A DNA stretch of 64,000 bases, from positions 1,056,001-1,120,000 of the forward strand of contig CBDBHR010000030.1 of the NCBI GenBank assembly GCA_965205865.1, read 5' to 3'. This document shows positions 41,890 to 52,327 of the stretch, in pieces; positions within the stretch are counted from its first letter, which is position 1, and the number at the start of each line of letters is the position of its first letter. Source of the stretch: a bacterium (GTDB lineage: Bacteria; SAR324; NAC60-12). Position numbers and translations under genes: made by a program. The notes below the pieces were generated by a model. It had not been told where the DNA came from and searched no databases. It saw only the letters and a list, made by a program, of their open reading frames with translations.

Positions 41890-42545
41890 TGAATGTGTAT
41901 TTGATCGTTGAAGGTGAGGGAGAGAAAAAAGTATACGCGCATTGGGTTCGGCTAATTAATCCAAGTCTAAATATTGTAAATAGTCTTGATGAAGTTCAAC
42001 ATAATAACCTGATAATTTATTCTGGAGGAGGATATCCTAATTATTTTGAGGTAATTGAAGCTGAAGTTGAAGATGTTTCGGCAAATGAGAAATTAGATAG
42101 GCTTATTATCGCTATTGATTCAGAAGAAATGTCGTTTGAAGAAAAATGGCGGGAAATTGATGAATTTGTGATTGAACTTGGGAAAAATCTTGATTATAAA
42201 ATTATCGTCCAACATTTCTGTCTGGAAACTTGGGCACTTGGCAATGAAGTCATAGTTTCAAGAAACCCAAAGGATCCTAAGATTCTTGAATTGAGAAAGT
42301 ATTTCGATGTTTTGAATAACGACCCAGAATTCCTGCCTGATTATCCAGAAAATAACTTAAACCGTTCTCAATTTGCAGAGTATTACTTAAGAAAACTATT
42401 GAATGAGAAATACAGGAATCTTACTTATAAAAAAAATAATCCTAAGGCTCTTTTGCACGAAACGTATTTCCATCGTGTAAAAAAGAGGTGGAAAACAACA
42501 AGACACATCAAAAGTTTTAAATTTTTTTTAGACGCTTTTGTTTAA
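41889..42545 (+). CDS. TOPRIM-like protein translationally coupled to the ATPase
   Basis: VYLIVEGEGE, GGG, IAIDSEE (DxD-like) and CLETWALG; TAATG overlap with the ATPase. Confidence 0.7.
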   Translation: MNVYLIVEGEGEKKVYAHWVRLINPSLNIVNSLDEVQHNNLIIYSGGGYPNYFEVIEAEVEDVSANEKLDRLIIAIDSEEMSFEEKWREIDEFVIELGKNLDYKIIVQHFCLETWALGNEVIVSRNPKDPKILELRKYFDVLNNDPEFLPDYPENNLNRSQFAEYYLRKLLNEKYRNLTYKKNNPKALLHETYFHRVKKRWKTTRHIKSFKFFLDAFV

Positions 42546-42795
42546 ATCTGAGAAACAAAAAAGGATCAAGCTTGAAAGATTGGAAATTTCAGACAGGTTT
42601 TATTAATTCAGGACCAAATCCGGCTTTGGATATATTTGACCCTGATGCCTTTCTTGACTTATGTCTGTTTATATTTGAAAGAAGAAAAAATTCATCATTT
42701 CCCAATCTTTCAGACCTGATTATTTTCCCAGACAGACAGATCCACAGGAGCGAAAGAAGCATGAAATTCTCTGTTGGAAAAACATGTTATGTTGC

Positions 42796-43398
42796 TCAGC
42801 TAAAGCAAGACAGCAGGAATGACCCGACAGACGCAATGTTTCCTACAGTTGGAAGTCCTTGGACAAGGGTGCGAACAACAGCTAGCTTGGGTGAGCCGGA
42901 TTTGAACTGATTTTCGATGGCGTTTTCTACTTCGTGGGCTTCTGATTGCTGAGATTTATCCTTTATGTGTTGGTTGATCTCTTGCCTCAAGTCCTTGATG
43001 TTTTTGGTGACATCAGAACTGAGACGAACTAGGTTCACTGATTGATCAAGTGAGTTTTGGTTGATTCGAGCATTATTCCCGGTGACATTGTAAGTGATGC
43101 TGGGTTTTGCGCTCTTTGCTTTCGGGACGCCCAATTTGCGTACTTCCATTTGATATCCGGCCTTGTTTCTGTGGGATTTCTCATAAAACTCCGGGTCGAC
43201 CACCTCATACATCTCCTCGCCACCATTGGACATTTTTCTCTGAATGTAGTCCCCTGATTCGATCAATGGTTCGTTTCACTGAATGTAGATTTTTTCTTTT
43301 CAACGATTGCTTTGATACCTTCGACGGTCGTTCCGTCTTGCTTGATCAAAGTCACTGTGTCTGTGTAGAATCTCGCAGAGTGCATGAGGCATCTCATC
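42796..43398 (-). pseudogene. Hypothetical protein, frameshifted
   Basis: The upstream frame (..DTVTLIKQDGTTVEGIKAIVE) and ORF 42796-43266 (IESGDYIQRKMSNGGEE) appear to be one gene broken near 43290. Confidence 0.5.
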
Positions 43399-43412
43399 TA
43401 TGAGAATTTTAA

Positions 43413-44028
43413 CTAAAATGTGTCATAAGTTTCAGAATATATCTTGCTGAGCAATCGTCCGTTGAATGTCCAATGTGGGCAAGGAGCGCTTAAGTACCCT
43501 CTAAGCTGTCCGGTTAGCTTCGTAAGAGAGTAATCGTTTCCTTCAAAAGAGACCTGCTTTTCCGAAATTACGGTAGCTGCCTTTTCGGTACCGACGAACT
43601 CAATAGTCGATCCGATCGGAATTCCCATTTCGACGAAATTCAAGTTTGGACGTCGTGACTTCAATTTTTTCGTCGCCTCTTCGGCACCTTGATCAACTTT
43701 GTTGGCTACCTCTCGTATGGATGGCGTTACGTCTTCTACCGCCATAAATTTCAATAACGCTATGGCTTGCTCCGGCTCTATCTCAAAGAATTCGCGTTTG
43801 GGGTTAATTCGATACGGACCAAAAGCGAGGTGAAACGCCTTTTCTACTTCCGAAACGTCGTTCACCTTCGCGGCGTATGCGCATTCAAAAAGGTACGGGT
43901 ACCCCAGTAGTATAGAGTTCATCCAACCTAATTCGGATGTCATCCCGTGTTGTTTTACCAATCTTTACAAGCCCATTCATGGCGGCGTTGGTTAGTACGT
44001 AAACAGTGCCAATATTATCAGGATTCAT
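43413..44028 (-). pseudogene. GIY-YIG / T5orf172 nuclease with +1 frameshift
   Basis: VYVLTNAAMNGLVKIGKTTR...LYTTGVPVPF joins ECAYAAKV...RINPKREFF. There is an extra base in the homopolymer at 43887-43891. Confidence 0.85.
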
Positions 44029-44115
44029 AATATGTAATTCCTTTGCGCTATCGCTTCTCATAGTGCTAAGAATCAACTGACCGTAAGTAAGTAGCGATTT
44101 TCAGGTCGGCTGGAT

Positions 44116-44634
44116 TTAATTGCTATAGGATTTATTTCCTCGATCACCCATTATATGCTCAGCAAGCTTGGAAAAAGATGATTGACCCCCGGTATTTGTA
44201 TCAGCAGTAAAACTCATCAATTCTTCCTGCGAGCAGCGACTCAGAGATTCAAAAACTGCCCGAGTAGCGTCGTTTCTACTCTTGACATTTTTAATGACAT
44301 TGAAACGACCGAGAAATCGCTTTACATCCTTCAGTTGAGGAAGAAACTGCCTGTTTTGATACAGGATGGCCAAACTCATTAACTGATCTTCGTTGGTAGA
44401 CCCTGCTATTATTTCCTTGGCAACATCGAGTGGTTGTTTTTTTGCTCTCGTGTTTTTCGTTGTTTGTGCTTTTTTCTCTTTCAACGCACATATTTTTCCA
44501 CGTAACGCACATATTTTTCCACGTAAATCCTCCTCGTTAGAGGCGATTGCAGCGGAGAGAGCTTTTAAGACAGAAGTCTCACCATATTTCAGTAGCAAAA
44601 TCTCAACCTCGATTTGTAGTAGTTCTATTTCCAT
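44116..44634 (-). CDS. Hypothetical protein coupled to ParA
   Basis: 172-aa ORF overlapping the ParA stop; contains a 21-bp in-frame duplication. Confidence 0.65.
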   Translation of the reverse strand: MEIELLQIEVEILLLKYGETSVLKALSAAIASNEEDLRGKICALRGKICALKEKKAQTTKNTRAKKQPLDVAKEIIAGSTNEDQLMSLAILYQNRQFLPQLKDVKRFLGRFNVIKNVKSRNDATRAVFESLSRCSQEELMSFTADTNTGGQSSFSKLAEHIMGDRGNKSYSN

Positions 44635-45488
44635 TCACTCTTCCTCAGATTGATTGCAGAAAAAAATTCCGAGCTAAATTTAGTGAACTCTTCTGTTACC
44701 TCCCACCGCACATAGCTTGTATTACCAATTGGCGCAGCCTCTCGTGCAGATTTTGGATATGAGGCCGAATAATGGACATGGGTACCAAACACGTGCCAAT
44801 AGTATTTTTTCGCCTCTGCCTTCACATCTTTAATTGATTGTCTGCCTTCCGGGCCTTCCGAGTAACTGGATGAATGGTTGAAGACTATTCCGCTAATATC
44901 TAACTGGTGATCTTCGTTCTCCATTTTAAATTCTTCTATGGAGCGCGCAAGCAGGGGCAAACCGACTGTGGCCATAAACTCAGGTTTAACGGGAACTAAC
45001 ACATACCGACTAGCAAAGTACGCGGCTTCAGTAAGAATTGATTCAGTGGGAGCGCAATCAATGATGATTAAATCATATTCATCCGACACTATTGCAAGAG
45101 CTTTCGCTAAACGGCGCTCCTTACCTGTTGGGTTTTTCAAGGAATGTGAAAGTTCCAGTCGGCTTGGAATGAGATCCAGCGAACTGTCGTATCAATAACC
45201 TGCTTTCTTAATGATTACATCATGAATGTCCACTTGTTTTGGCGCTTTGTACTCATCTGTGGCAGGAATATAGCGATTAAAAATCTGGACGATAGTTGGC
45301 TTACGTTTCTCAAGATGCCTTACATATTTTTCTGGTGTAAGAAGGGACTGGCTTAGGTTAGATTGGGGATCAAGATCTACGACAAGGGTTTTATACCCAA
45401 CTTTATCGGCAGCATGAGCAACTTGAGCAGCAAGTGTGGTTTTTCCCACGCCACCCTTCATGTTGATAAAACTTACCGAGATTGCCAT
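44625..45488 (-). pseudogene. ParA-family ATPase interrupted by one in-frame TGA
   Basis: NMKGGVGKTT, DLDPQSNLS and IIIDCAP. The two ORF-track pieces are in the same frame, separated by TGA at 45192-45194 (AGY*YDSSLDLIPS). Confidence 0.85.
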
Positions 45489-45605
45489 TTTTCTGTCCTC
45501 GTTTATTATTAGCGCTACAATCGATGTACAACCAGAGCAGAGAAAAGCGGTTCTTTCAGTTGCCCGTCGGTAGTTTTGTTGCGCAATACCAGCGCATATT
45601 CGTTT

Positions 45606-45634
45606 TGGTGCGAAGGAGGGGAATCGAACCCCTC
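45606..45634 (-). tRNA. tRNA 3'-end fragment (Leu-like), probable att site
   Basis: GAGGGGTTCGATTCCCCTCCTTCGCACCA: perfect T-arm, acceptor 3' strand, discriminator A and CCA. No canonical D or anticodon arm upstream. Confidence 0.75.
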
Positions 45635-46183
45635 GGCGTTCCTATTGACCAGCGAATACTTTGGAAAATGCTTAATCTCTCGTAAGGGTTGGAATGTCCC
45701 ACCATGGCCTCGCAAGAACGCCATCCCGTACCATACGCATGAATTATAGTTTCTGATCTTCATAACAATCTCCTTCGATTTGTTTACACAAGATTTTATG
45801 ATTTCAACTAACTCAGTCACTTGGGAATCTAACCCAAACGAGATTCCAACATTTACTTCCATATTCACTTTTACGGCCAATTCTTACAGGTTGCAGAATC
45901 CTTTCAGGGACCATGCAAAGCGACAATTTTGAGATATATGGAATGCTCTTGGGTCGACATGCCCGCTGTTACAGTTGATACGAATTGACAACAGGTATGT
46001 GGAAGCCAAGAGCGCTTTTTTAATTTTATAATATTCCTTGATATATATTCTGTCAAGTTATTAGAAATCTTCTGATGAGATGAGAATGCGCAACCGGGAC
46101 GCTGACCGGAGCCAGAAAGCGCTCCAATGACTGTGAGCCGTGGCGCGATGAATGCGGGATAGTGAGGTGGCGAAAAAAATCAG

Positions 46184-46432
46184 TTACTCACGCGATCGGA
46201 CGATACAACACTTTTCGTAAACGAACTCAGGATCAAGATCGGCGCCGGATTCCCATGTAATCGTGTCAAAAGAGATATGAACGGTTTCGAAGATACTTGG
46301 ATCTTGCAATTTATTAAAAATCCCAAAATTCAAGTAAAGTTTCATATCGAGTAATCCATTCTCTCCATTATCAAAAGCTACGGATAGGGTACAATTCCCT
46401 TCACATTCAACAGATATCACGGCAGGGCGCAT
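46184..46432 (-). CDS. DUF2442-family protein
   Basis: LSVAFDNGENG...FETVHISFDTITWESGADLDPEFVY. Confidence 0.85.
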   Translation of the reverse strand: MRPAVISVECEGNCTLSVAFDNGENGLLDMKLYLNFGIFNKLQDPSIFETVHISFDTITWESGADLDPEFVYEKCCIVRSRE

Positions 46433-46466
46433 CAAATTGTCCCCATCTATAATCCTTGCTGAGCGC

Positions 46467-46718
46467 TCAGTAAGAAGCGATTTGGAAGGAATTTCCCAAA
46501 GGCTGGAACTCTTGTGTTTTATTTTGTTCAAGTTTCAGTTCAATTTTTTCGAAGTGTTCAATTGTTTCGGGTAAATAAAATCTTTCACCACAGTGTAAAC
46601 ATACCTCTGCGCTGAGTTTGCAGGAAGCCATGTTGCTTCCTCCCTTTAATAATTTTTCAACTTTTTTTTCAATCAATTGTCCCCCACAGATAGCACACTG
46701 CTCGTCAAGTTTTCTCAT
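46467..46718 (-). CDS. YgiT-type zinc-finger protein (MqsA-like antitoxin N-domain)
   Basis: CAICGG...AEVCLHCGERFY. Confidence 0.85.
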   Translation of the reverse strand: MRKLDEQCAICGGQLIEKKVEKLLKGGSNMASCKLSAEVCLHCGERFYLPETIEHFEKIELKLEQNKTQEFQPLGNSFQIASY

Positions 46719-46900
46719 CTGAGCCTCCTTTCTTTCCAACCAACCCACCTCATGGGATCTGGGTGATAGACCGTAATAAGCACTGCTTTTTTCTTTTTCC
46801 CATTGAATGCCCACACACTATGCAATGGTTCTTTTCTATCTATTTTACCATAAATCAAACATAATTTGTGTATTAATGTATCAGAATCCCGACTTTTCAC
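46715..46900 (-). pseudogene. DUF4258 toxin-like protein, N-terminally truncated
   Basis: CLIYG...PLHSVWAF...AVLITVYHPDPMRW; ATGA overlap with the YgiT gene. Confidence 0.7.
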
Positions 46901-47078
46901 AATTACACGAAAATTGGGAAATCCTTAAAAAAAACCTTACGGGGTTTAGAAGTCGAATCATCGAATCCAGTATCCAATGGTTTCGCTATGACAGCCTGAT
47001 TACTGGTTCACTTCATAATACCAGTGTTTACAATGATATTCTTTACAACGACTCGATTCGACTAAAGGAAGACCAACA

Positions 47079-47714
47079 ATGGAACAATTACGCTTCCCAA
47101 TAGACCAACAAACACCTCGACCACAACCTCTTTCAAGGAACCGGGAAGCAATAAATTCAATCAAGGGGTTCCGATATAAAGAAGACTACATAGATGAAGG
47201 AGAGCAGGATCAGTTGTTACGTCAAATTGACGAACAGCAGTGGCTCAGTGATCTCAAGCGTCGTGTTCAACATTACGGTTTTAAGTACGACTACAAGGCG
47301 AGGCAGGTGAACCTTGATATGCGCATTGATCATTTGCCGGAGTGGCTGCAAACACTTGGTCGAAAACTAAAAGAAGAGGGCTACATACCAACAGAACCAG
47401 ATCAGGTTATTGTCAATGAATATAAACCCGGACAAGGGATTGCAAATCACATTGATTGTGAACCATGTTTTGAAGGTACGATTGTCTCTTTGAGTTTGAT
47501 TTCAGCTTGTGTGATGGATTTTACAAACAAATCTGACACAACGAAAAAGATTCCTGTCTGGCTTGCGCCTAGGAGTATTATCGTTTTGAAGGATGAAGCC
47601 AGATTTGAATGGTTTCACGGTATTGCCCCCCGAAGATCAGATATATGGGCTGGTCAAAAGTATGAGAGGAAGCGTAGGATATCGCTCACATTCAGAAAGG
47701 TGATTCTCAAATAA
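47079..47714 (+). CDS. AlkB-like 2OG-Fe(II) dioxygenase
   Basis: RRVQHYG, VNEYKPGQGIANHID, HGI and RRISLTFRKV. Confidence 0.92.
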   Translation: MEQLRFPIDQQTPRPQPLSRNREAINSIKGFRYKEDYIDEGEQDQLLRQIDEQQWLSDLKRRVQHYGFKYDYKARQVNLDMRIDHLPEWLQTLGRKLKEEGYIPTEPDQVIVNEYKPGQGIANHIDCEPCFEGTIVSLSLISACVMDFTNKSDTTKKIPVWLAPRSIIVLKDEARFEWFHGIAPRRSDIWAGQKYERKRRISLTFRKVILK

Positions 47715-47738
47715 TTGAAGTGAATCAATCCGTTTTAC

Positions 47739-48080
47739 TCAATCTTCTTTCAATTGCTCGACTAAAATAGCCTTCATCTCCGCTTCAGACGGGACTTTTG
47801 TCAGGTCGACGTTACTTAATTCCAGAGCATCGATCAGTGCGCGGATAATCTCGGCCCGGCTGATGGAGTTCCCCGTCGCAGTTCGGATGTCAAATGCCAG
47901 CTGATCCAGGTACAGGATCTGCCGTTTGAACAAAACGACCGTCGCTTTCGTCCGTGCTTCGTCATGCGCAGGTGGCCGTCCCATTTTATTGTCAATCGGC
48001 TTCTCCACTGCTTGCTTAGCCGTCGCGGTCGTCCGCGTAAAGATATCATCGGCAGTCTTTCCTGTCTTTTTCATCAGCAT
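47739..48080 (-). CDS. Putative ribbon-helix-helix DNA-binding protein (plasmid partition adaptor-like)
   Basis: GRPP...KATVVL...ISRAEIIRALIDA. Confidence 0.55.
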   Translation of the reverse strand: MLMKKTGKTADDIFTRTTATAKQAVEKPIDNKMGRPPAHDEARTKATVVLFKRQILYLDQLAFDIRTATGNSISRAEIIRALIDALELSNVDLTKVPSEAEMKAILVEQLKED

Positions 48081-48196
48081 ATTGTCATTACTTCCTTACT
48101 GGACTTTGGACATTTGAGTAAATTTTCAGGAAGAGATTCAGACAAACATTCTGTATGGTGGAGTTTCCAAAACAACCATGCATACAGGAGTTTGCC

Positions 48197-48345
48197 ATGT
48201 TGTCTCTTCCCAATGAATTTATAATCTTTTTAGAATCATATAGACAGCTTTTTTCTCCATCGGTTTGGGGATGCTCAAACCCTGGTCACGGGAGCGATTC
48301 TTTTCCAAGCCAAGCGCACCGTTTCCTCGGCCATGCGAGCCGTTG
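48197..48345 (+). mobile_element. Transposase N-terminal remnant (IS701/IS4-like)
   Basis: MLSLPNEFIIFLESYRQLFSPSVW, then a shifted frame with LVTGAILFQAKRTVSSAMR. Confidence 0.55.
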
Positions 48346-49113
48346 GTTTAGAAGAAATATTAATATTTCCATAATCCGGGACGATGTCTCACCTCCTGTT
48401 AGATGTTTATCAGGCTTGAGAATTTGGAAAAAGCAGTTTTTGAGAGGGATGATCGATGATAGTGGATTAATAGGGTTCATCCATCGAGGAAACGAATCAA
48501 TCCCGGAACTGCCAAGATTACTTGGGAACCCTTCTGACTCAAATCTTTGCTTAAAATTCCAAACTCCAAGCTTGACTCCCTTTCAACAAAACCCTTCCTG
48601 AATTTCTCTTTACACACCTATTTCCTAATGCTATGGTCATCCGTAAATTTTTGATTTTCATACTATGATTTAGTGGACAGGACTTGAATATTCATTCTAT
48701 CCATTGAATTACCCGATGAATAAAAAATGCAAGATCCTGGCTTGCAACATCCCGGCTGAATATGATGATGGGCTCTCCATAGATATCCCGATTTATCCGG
48801 AATTTGACAGTCCGCGGGTTGCACGCATACAAGCGGAAAAATTTGCTGACACGATTGGGAGGATTTCAAATGTCAGGTAGTCAGAAAAAAAATTTACCTA
48901 AATCCTGCAATTGCATATTTTGATTGAGTTTTCCCCTTACTCTTTGACAGGTTTTATTAAAAAAAAAGAATTGAGAGTTGAATTTCCATCACTCCTCGCT
49001 CATAAAGGTTTTTCCGCCCCCTATGAGATCGCATATTTTGTGATGATCTGGTACCCGCTTTCGCGGGCACAAGATTCAAGACGTACTTCTCCCTGGATTT
49101 GGTGATCGACATC

Positions 49114-49470
49114 TCAGTAAAACGTTTCCTCCGGAGTGAAACAAAGGATCCAGGTCTCTCCTACAGCGACCCATGCATTCCATTGAGCATTGTAAAGTGT
49201 TCTTTCCGGAACTCTCAGTTTTTGTTGACGAGTGCCACTCGTCCATTTTCCTGCCATTCGGACAAGATAGGTGCGCATGGTGGCCGGTTCCCAACGGCGC
49301 AGTATTGCATTACCACTACAAAGGGCCATCCAGCGCAGCGTGTTGTAAGCGAGTATCGCGCATTACTTTCGTGAGGACAAGACTCTTTGTGAGCCTGCCA
49401 GGGAGTGAGCGCGTCGGTGAGGACATAACAAAAATAATCTTTACTTCCAGAATTCCTTATGTGAACATTT
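49114..49470 (-). mobile_element. IS1380-family transposase C-terminal remnant
   Basis: YFCYVLTDALTPWQAHK...WMALCSGNAILRRWEPATMRTYLVRMAGK, with frameshifts. Confidence 0.55.
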
Positions 49471-49611
49471 ACAATGATTTTCAAAATTCCCACGGTTCAT
49501 GAATGCCGGCACTAAGCTGTCGCTTTAAAGTTGACGACTCCCTTTTATTTGAGGCTCAACTTCCAAGGTGAACAAGGACCACGCGCAAAACTCGAAGAAA
49601 AAGGACCTGCA

Positions 49612-51744
49612 ATGAAGCCATTCACCCTTTTAACGTTGATAATTTCCATGATTTTGATTGGTTGCGCCGTCGACACCGGGGAGTCAGTTCTAGAGGGGTA
49701 CACGATTAGCACCTTCGCCGGGACGGACTCGGATATCCGAGACGGTGGACCTGCCACGAGCGCGCAACTCACCTTCCCTTACGGAGTGACTAAAGATTCG
49801 CGGGGTAACGTCTATATCGCGGACTCGTTCAACCACCGCGTTCGCAAAGTGGATACAAATGGCATCATCACCACCTTCGCCGGCACGGGTGAGGAGGGTT
49901 ACGGTGGTGACGGCGGGCCCGCCAGCGAGGCGCAACTCAAATGGCCCACCGGAGTGGCAGTAGATGAAGATGGCGCCGTCTACATCGCCGACAGGAACAA
50001 CGAACGGGTTCGCAAAGTGGATACCAATGGCATCATCACCACCTATGCCGGCAACGGTGAGTGGGGATACGATACGGACCATGAAGGTAAACCCGCCAAC
50101 GAGGCGACACTCAATTGGCCTACCGGAATAACCTTGGATGAAGATGGCAATCTCTACATCGCGGACACCTACAACCACCGCATTCGCAAAGTGGATACCA
50201 ATGGCATCATCACCACCATCGCCGGCAGGAGTCATACCGATGAGGACAAGGACGAAGACAGCAAAGACTCCATCAAAATCGGTGACGGCGGACCTGCCAT
50301 CGAAGCGAAACTCAACTGGCCTAACGGAGTGGCCGTAGATGACGCCGGCAACCTCTACATCGCGGATTGGGACAACCACCGTATTCGCAAGGTAAACAAC
50401 ATCAATAGCGGTAACCCGGATCAGATGATAATCTCCACAATTGCCGGCACCGGAGAAGAAGGTTACAGTGGAGACGGTCAACCCGCCACCGGCGCGCAAC
50501 TCAACCGGCCTAACGGATTGGATTTGGATGGAAATGGCAACCTCTATATCGCGGATCAAAAAAACGACCGGATTCGAAAGATCAGCAACGTCGATGACCC
50601 TGATGGCGCCAATCGGATAATCACCTCCATTGCCGGTGGTGACGACGGGTCCGACAGCGGCGTGACCCTCTCCGGCATCAGAGGGGTTGCCGTAGATGCG
50701 GAAGGGAACGTTTACATCGCGAACACGCCCAATCACCAGATTCTCGAGCTGGATACCAATACCGCGGAAATTATCGTTTTTGCCGGGACAGGAAATATCG
50801 GAGATGGCGGGCCTGCCACCAATGCCCGGCTCCTCCATCCCACCGGTTTGACCCTGGATTCGGACGGTAACGTCTACATCACGGATACCTTGAACAACCG
50901 GGTTCGCAAGGTGGATATCCATGGCATCATCACCACCATCGCCGGCACGGGGGAAGAAGGCGACGGCGGGGACGGAGGACCTGCCACGAGCGCCCAATTA
51001 CATGCGCCTGGTGGCATTGCCGTGGATACGCATGGCAACCTTTATATCTCGGACAGAGGCAACCACAAGATTCGCAAGATCGATACTTCAGGGATCATCA
51101 CCACCTTTGCCGGCACGGGTGACAGGGGTGACGTCGACAAAGACGGCGACGTCGGAGACGGAGGTCCTGCCACGAGTGCTCAATTATTCTTTCCCGACGG
51201 GATAGCAGTCCATCCTGATGGCAGCCTCTATATTGCAGACAGTTACAACAATAGGATTCGTAAAGTGGATCGTGCTGGAATCATCACCACCATCGCCGGT
51301 TTGGGAGTCCGCAGTTTCAGCGGAGATGACGGTCCGGCCACAGAGGCTCATTTGGGTCGCCCCTCAGGGTTGGAAATAGATGGGGAGGGCAACATTTACA
51401 TTTCTGACTTATACGACCGGAACCGGATTCGCAAGATCGATACTGCGGGAATCATCACAACCATTGCTCAGACTGCCTCGGCCGGACTTTTGACAGTGGG
51501 GATGGACGGCAGCGTTTATATCACGGAATCACCCGTCGGACGGGTTCTCAAGTTGGACCCGTCGGGAGTGCTCAGCATCATCGCAGGCACGGCTGAGCCC
51601 GGCTACGGCGGGGATGACGGACCAGCCACCAGTGCGCAACTCGACGGGCCCAGTGGGATAGAGGTCGATGCGGACGGCAACATCTATGTCGCAGATACGA
51701 AAAACAACCGGGTGCGTAAGTTGACACTCACGGGGACCGACTGA
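49612..51744 (+). CDS. NHL-repeat lipoprotein
   Basis: Lipobox LIGC and about 12 repeats of GDGGPATxAQLxxPxGxAVDxxGNLYIADxxNxRIRKVD. Confidence 0.93.
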   Translation: MKPFTLLTLIISMILIGCAVDTGESVLEGYTISTFAGTDSDIRDGGPATSAQLTFPYGVTKDSRGNVYIADSFNHRVRKVDTNGIITTFAGTGEEGYGGDGGPASEAQLKWPTGVAVDEDGAVYIADRNNERVRKVDTNGIITTYAGNGEWGYDTDHEGKPANEATLNWPTGITLDEDGNLYIADTYNHRIRKVDTNGIITTIAGRSHTDEDKDEDSKDSIKIGDGGPAIEAKLNWPNGVAVDDAGNLYIADWDNHRIRKVNNINSGNPDQMIISTIAGTGEEGYSGDGQPATGAQLNRPNGLDLDGNGNLYIADQKNDRIRKISNVDDPDGANRIITSIAGGDDGSDSGVTLSGIRGVAVDAEGNVYIANTPNHQILELDTNTAEIIVFAGTGNIGDGGPATNARLLHPTGLTLDSDGNVYITDTLNNRVRKVDIHGIITTIAGTGEEGDGGDGGPATSAQLHAPGGIAVDTHGNLYISDRGNHKIRKIDTSGIITTFAGTGDRGDVDKDGDVGDGGPATSAQLFFPDGIAVHPDGSLYIADSYNNRIRKVDRAGIITTIAGLGVRSFSGDDGPATEAHLGRPSGLEIDGEGNIYISDLYDRNRIRKIDTAGIITTIAQTASAGLLTVGMDGSVYITESPVGRVLKLDPSGVLSIIAGTAEPGYGGDDGPATSAQLDGPSGIEVDADGNIYVADTKNNRVRKLTLTGTD

Positions 51745-51929
51745 CCTGTGGGACCAAGACGAGCATAACGGTCACTATTGGAAGAATTCATAAGATTGAG
51801 AATCGGTAATTGCTCTTCACTATTCATTACGGACTGCATTCTTACTTCACTTTCTCACTATGATGGGGAAGTCCAAGTCCCTGAACAACCGGGAGTTGCT
51901 ACCACGTCATTCTGTAAATCAGGGTCTGC

Positions 51930-52319
51930 TGAAAAGATTGACAAAGGATCAAACCGCACCATCCCAGTCACCGTCACGCATGTAGCGATAAACCGGGTGA
52001 GAGCGCTGTACCGGCGCGATACCTGGCAACGGGCCTCTGCGCCAGTAAGCTTTCCGTCGCGATTGTCGTCCCAAAGACGCAGTGCATCGATATTGCTTGT
52101 TGATTTTTGGTTTGATGGCGTAGTTGCCACAGCAGACCTTGTCCGAGCAGACCCACAGGGACGGATAACTACCTTGGTTGAGGAACAAGATGAAAGCAGC
52201 ACGTTTTCCAGATATTCTGCTTCGCGACGGTCACTAGTTACGACGCGATCATGGAAAAAGCGGGACGGCCCTACCGCTATGGTCAATGACGAATTTTCCG
52301 GAGCATCACGCACCGGCAT
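51930..52319 (-). pseudogene. Fragment of a protein with an EF-hand/Excalibur-like C-terminus
   Basis: DALRLWDDNRDGKLTGAEAR in one frame and GIAPVQRSHPVYRYMRDGDWDGAV in another. Confidence 0.55.
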
Positions 52320-52327
52320 CCGGAGGA

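Noticed and set aside
45515-45880. 121-aa ORF
   Set aside because: Overlaps the tRNA-like fragment, has a non-ATG start and shows no recognisable motifs.
49690-50997. Long antisense ORFs (also 10893-12002, 13490-14602, 16330-17436, 32964-34085)
   Set aside because: Typical reverse-frame shadows of well-supported GC-rich genes.
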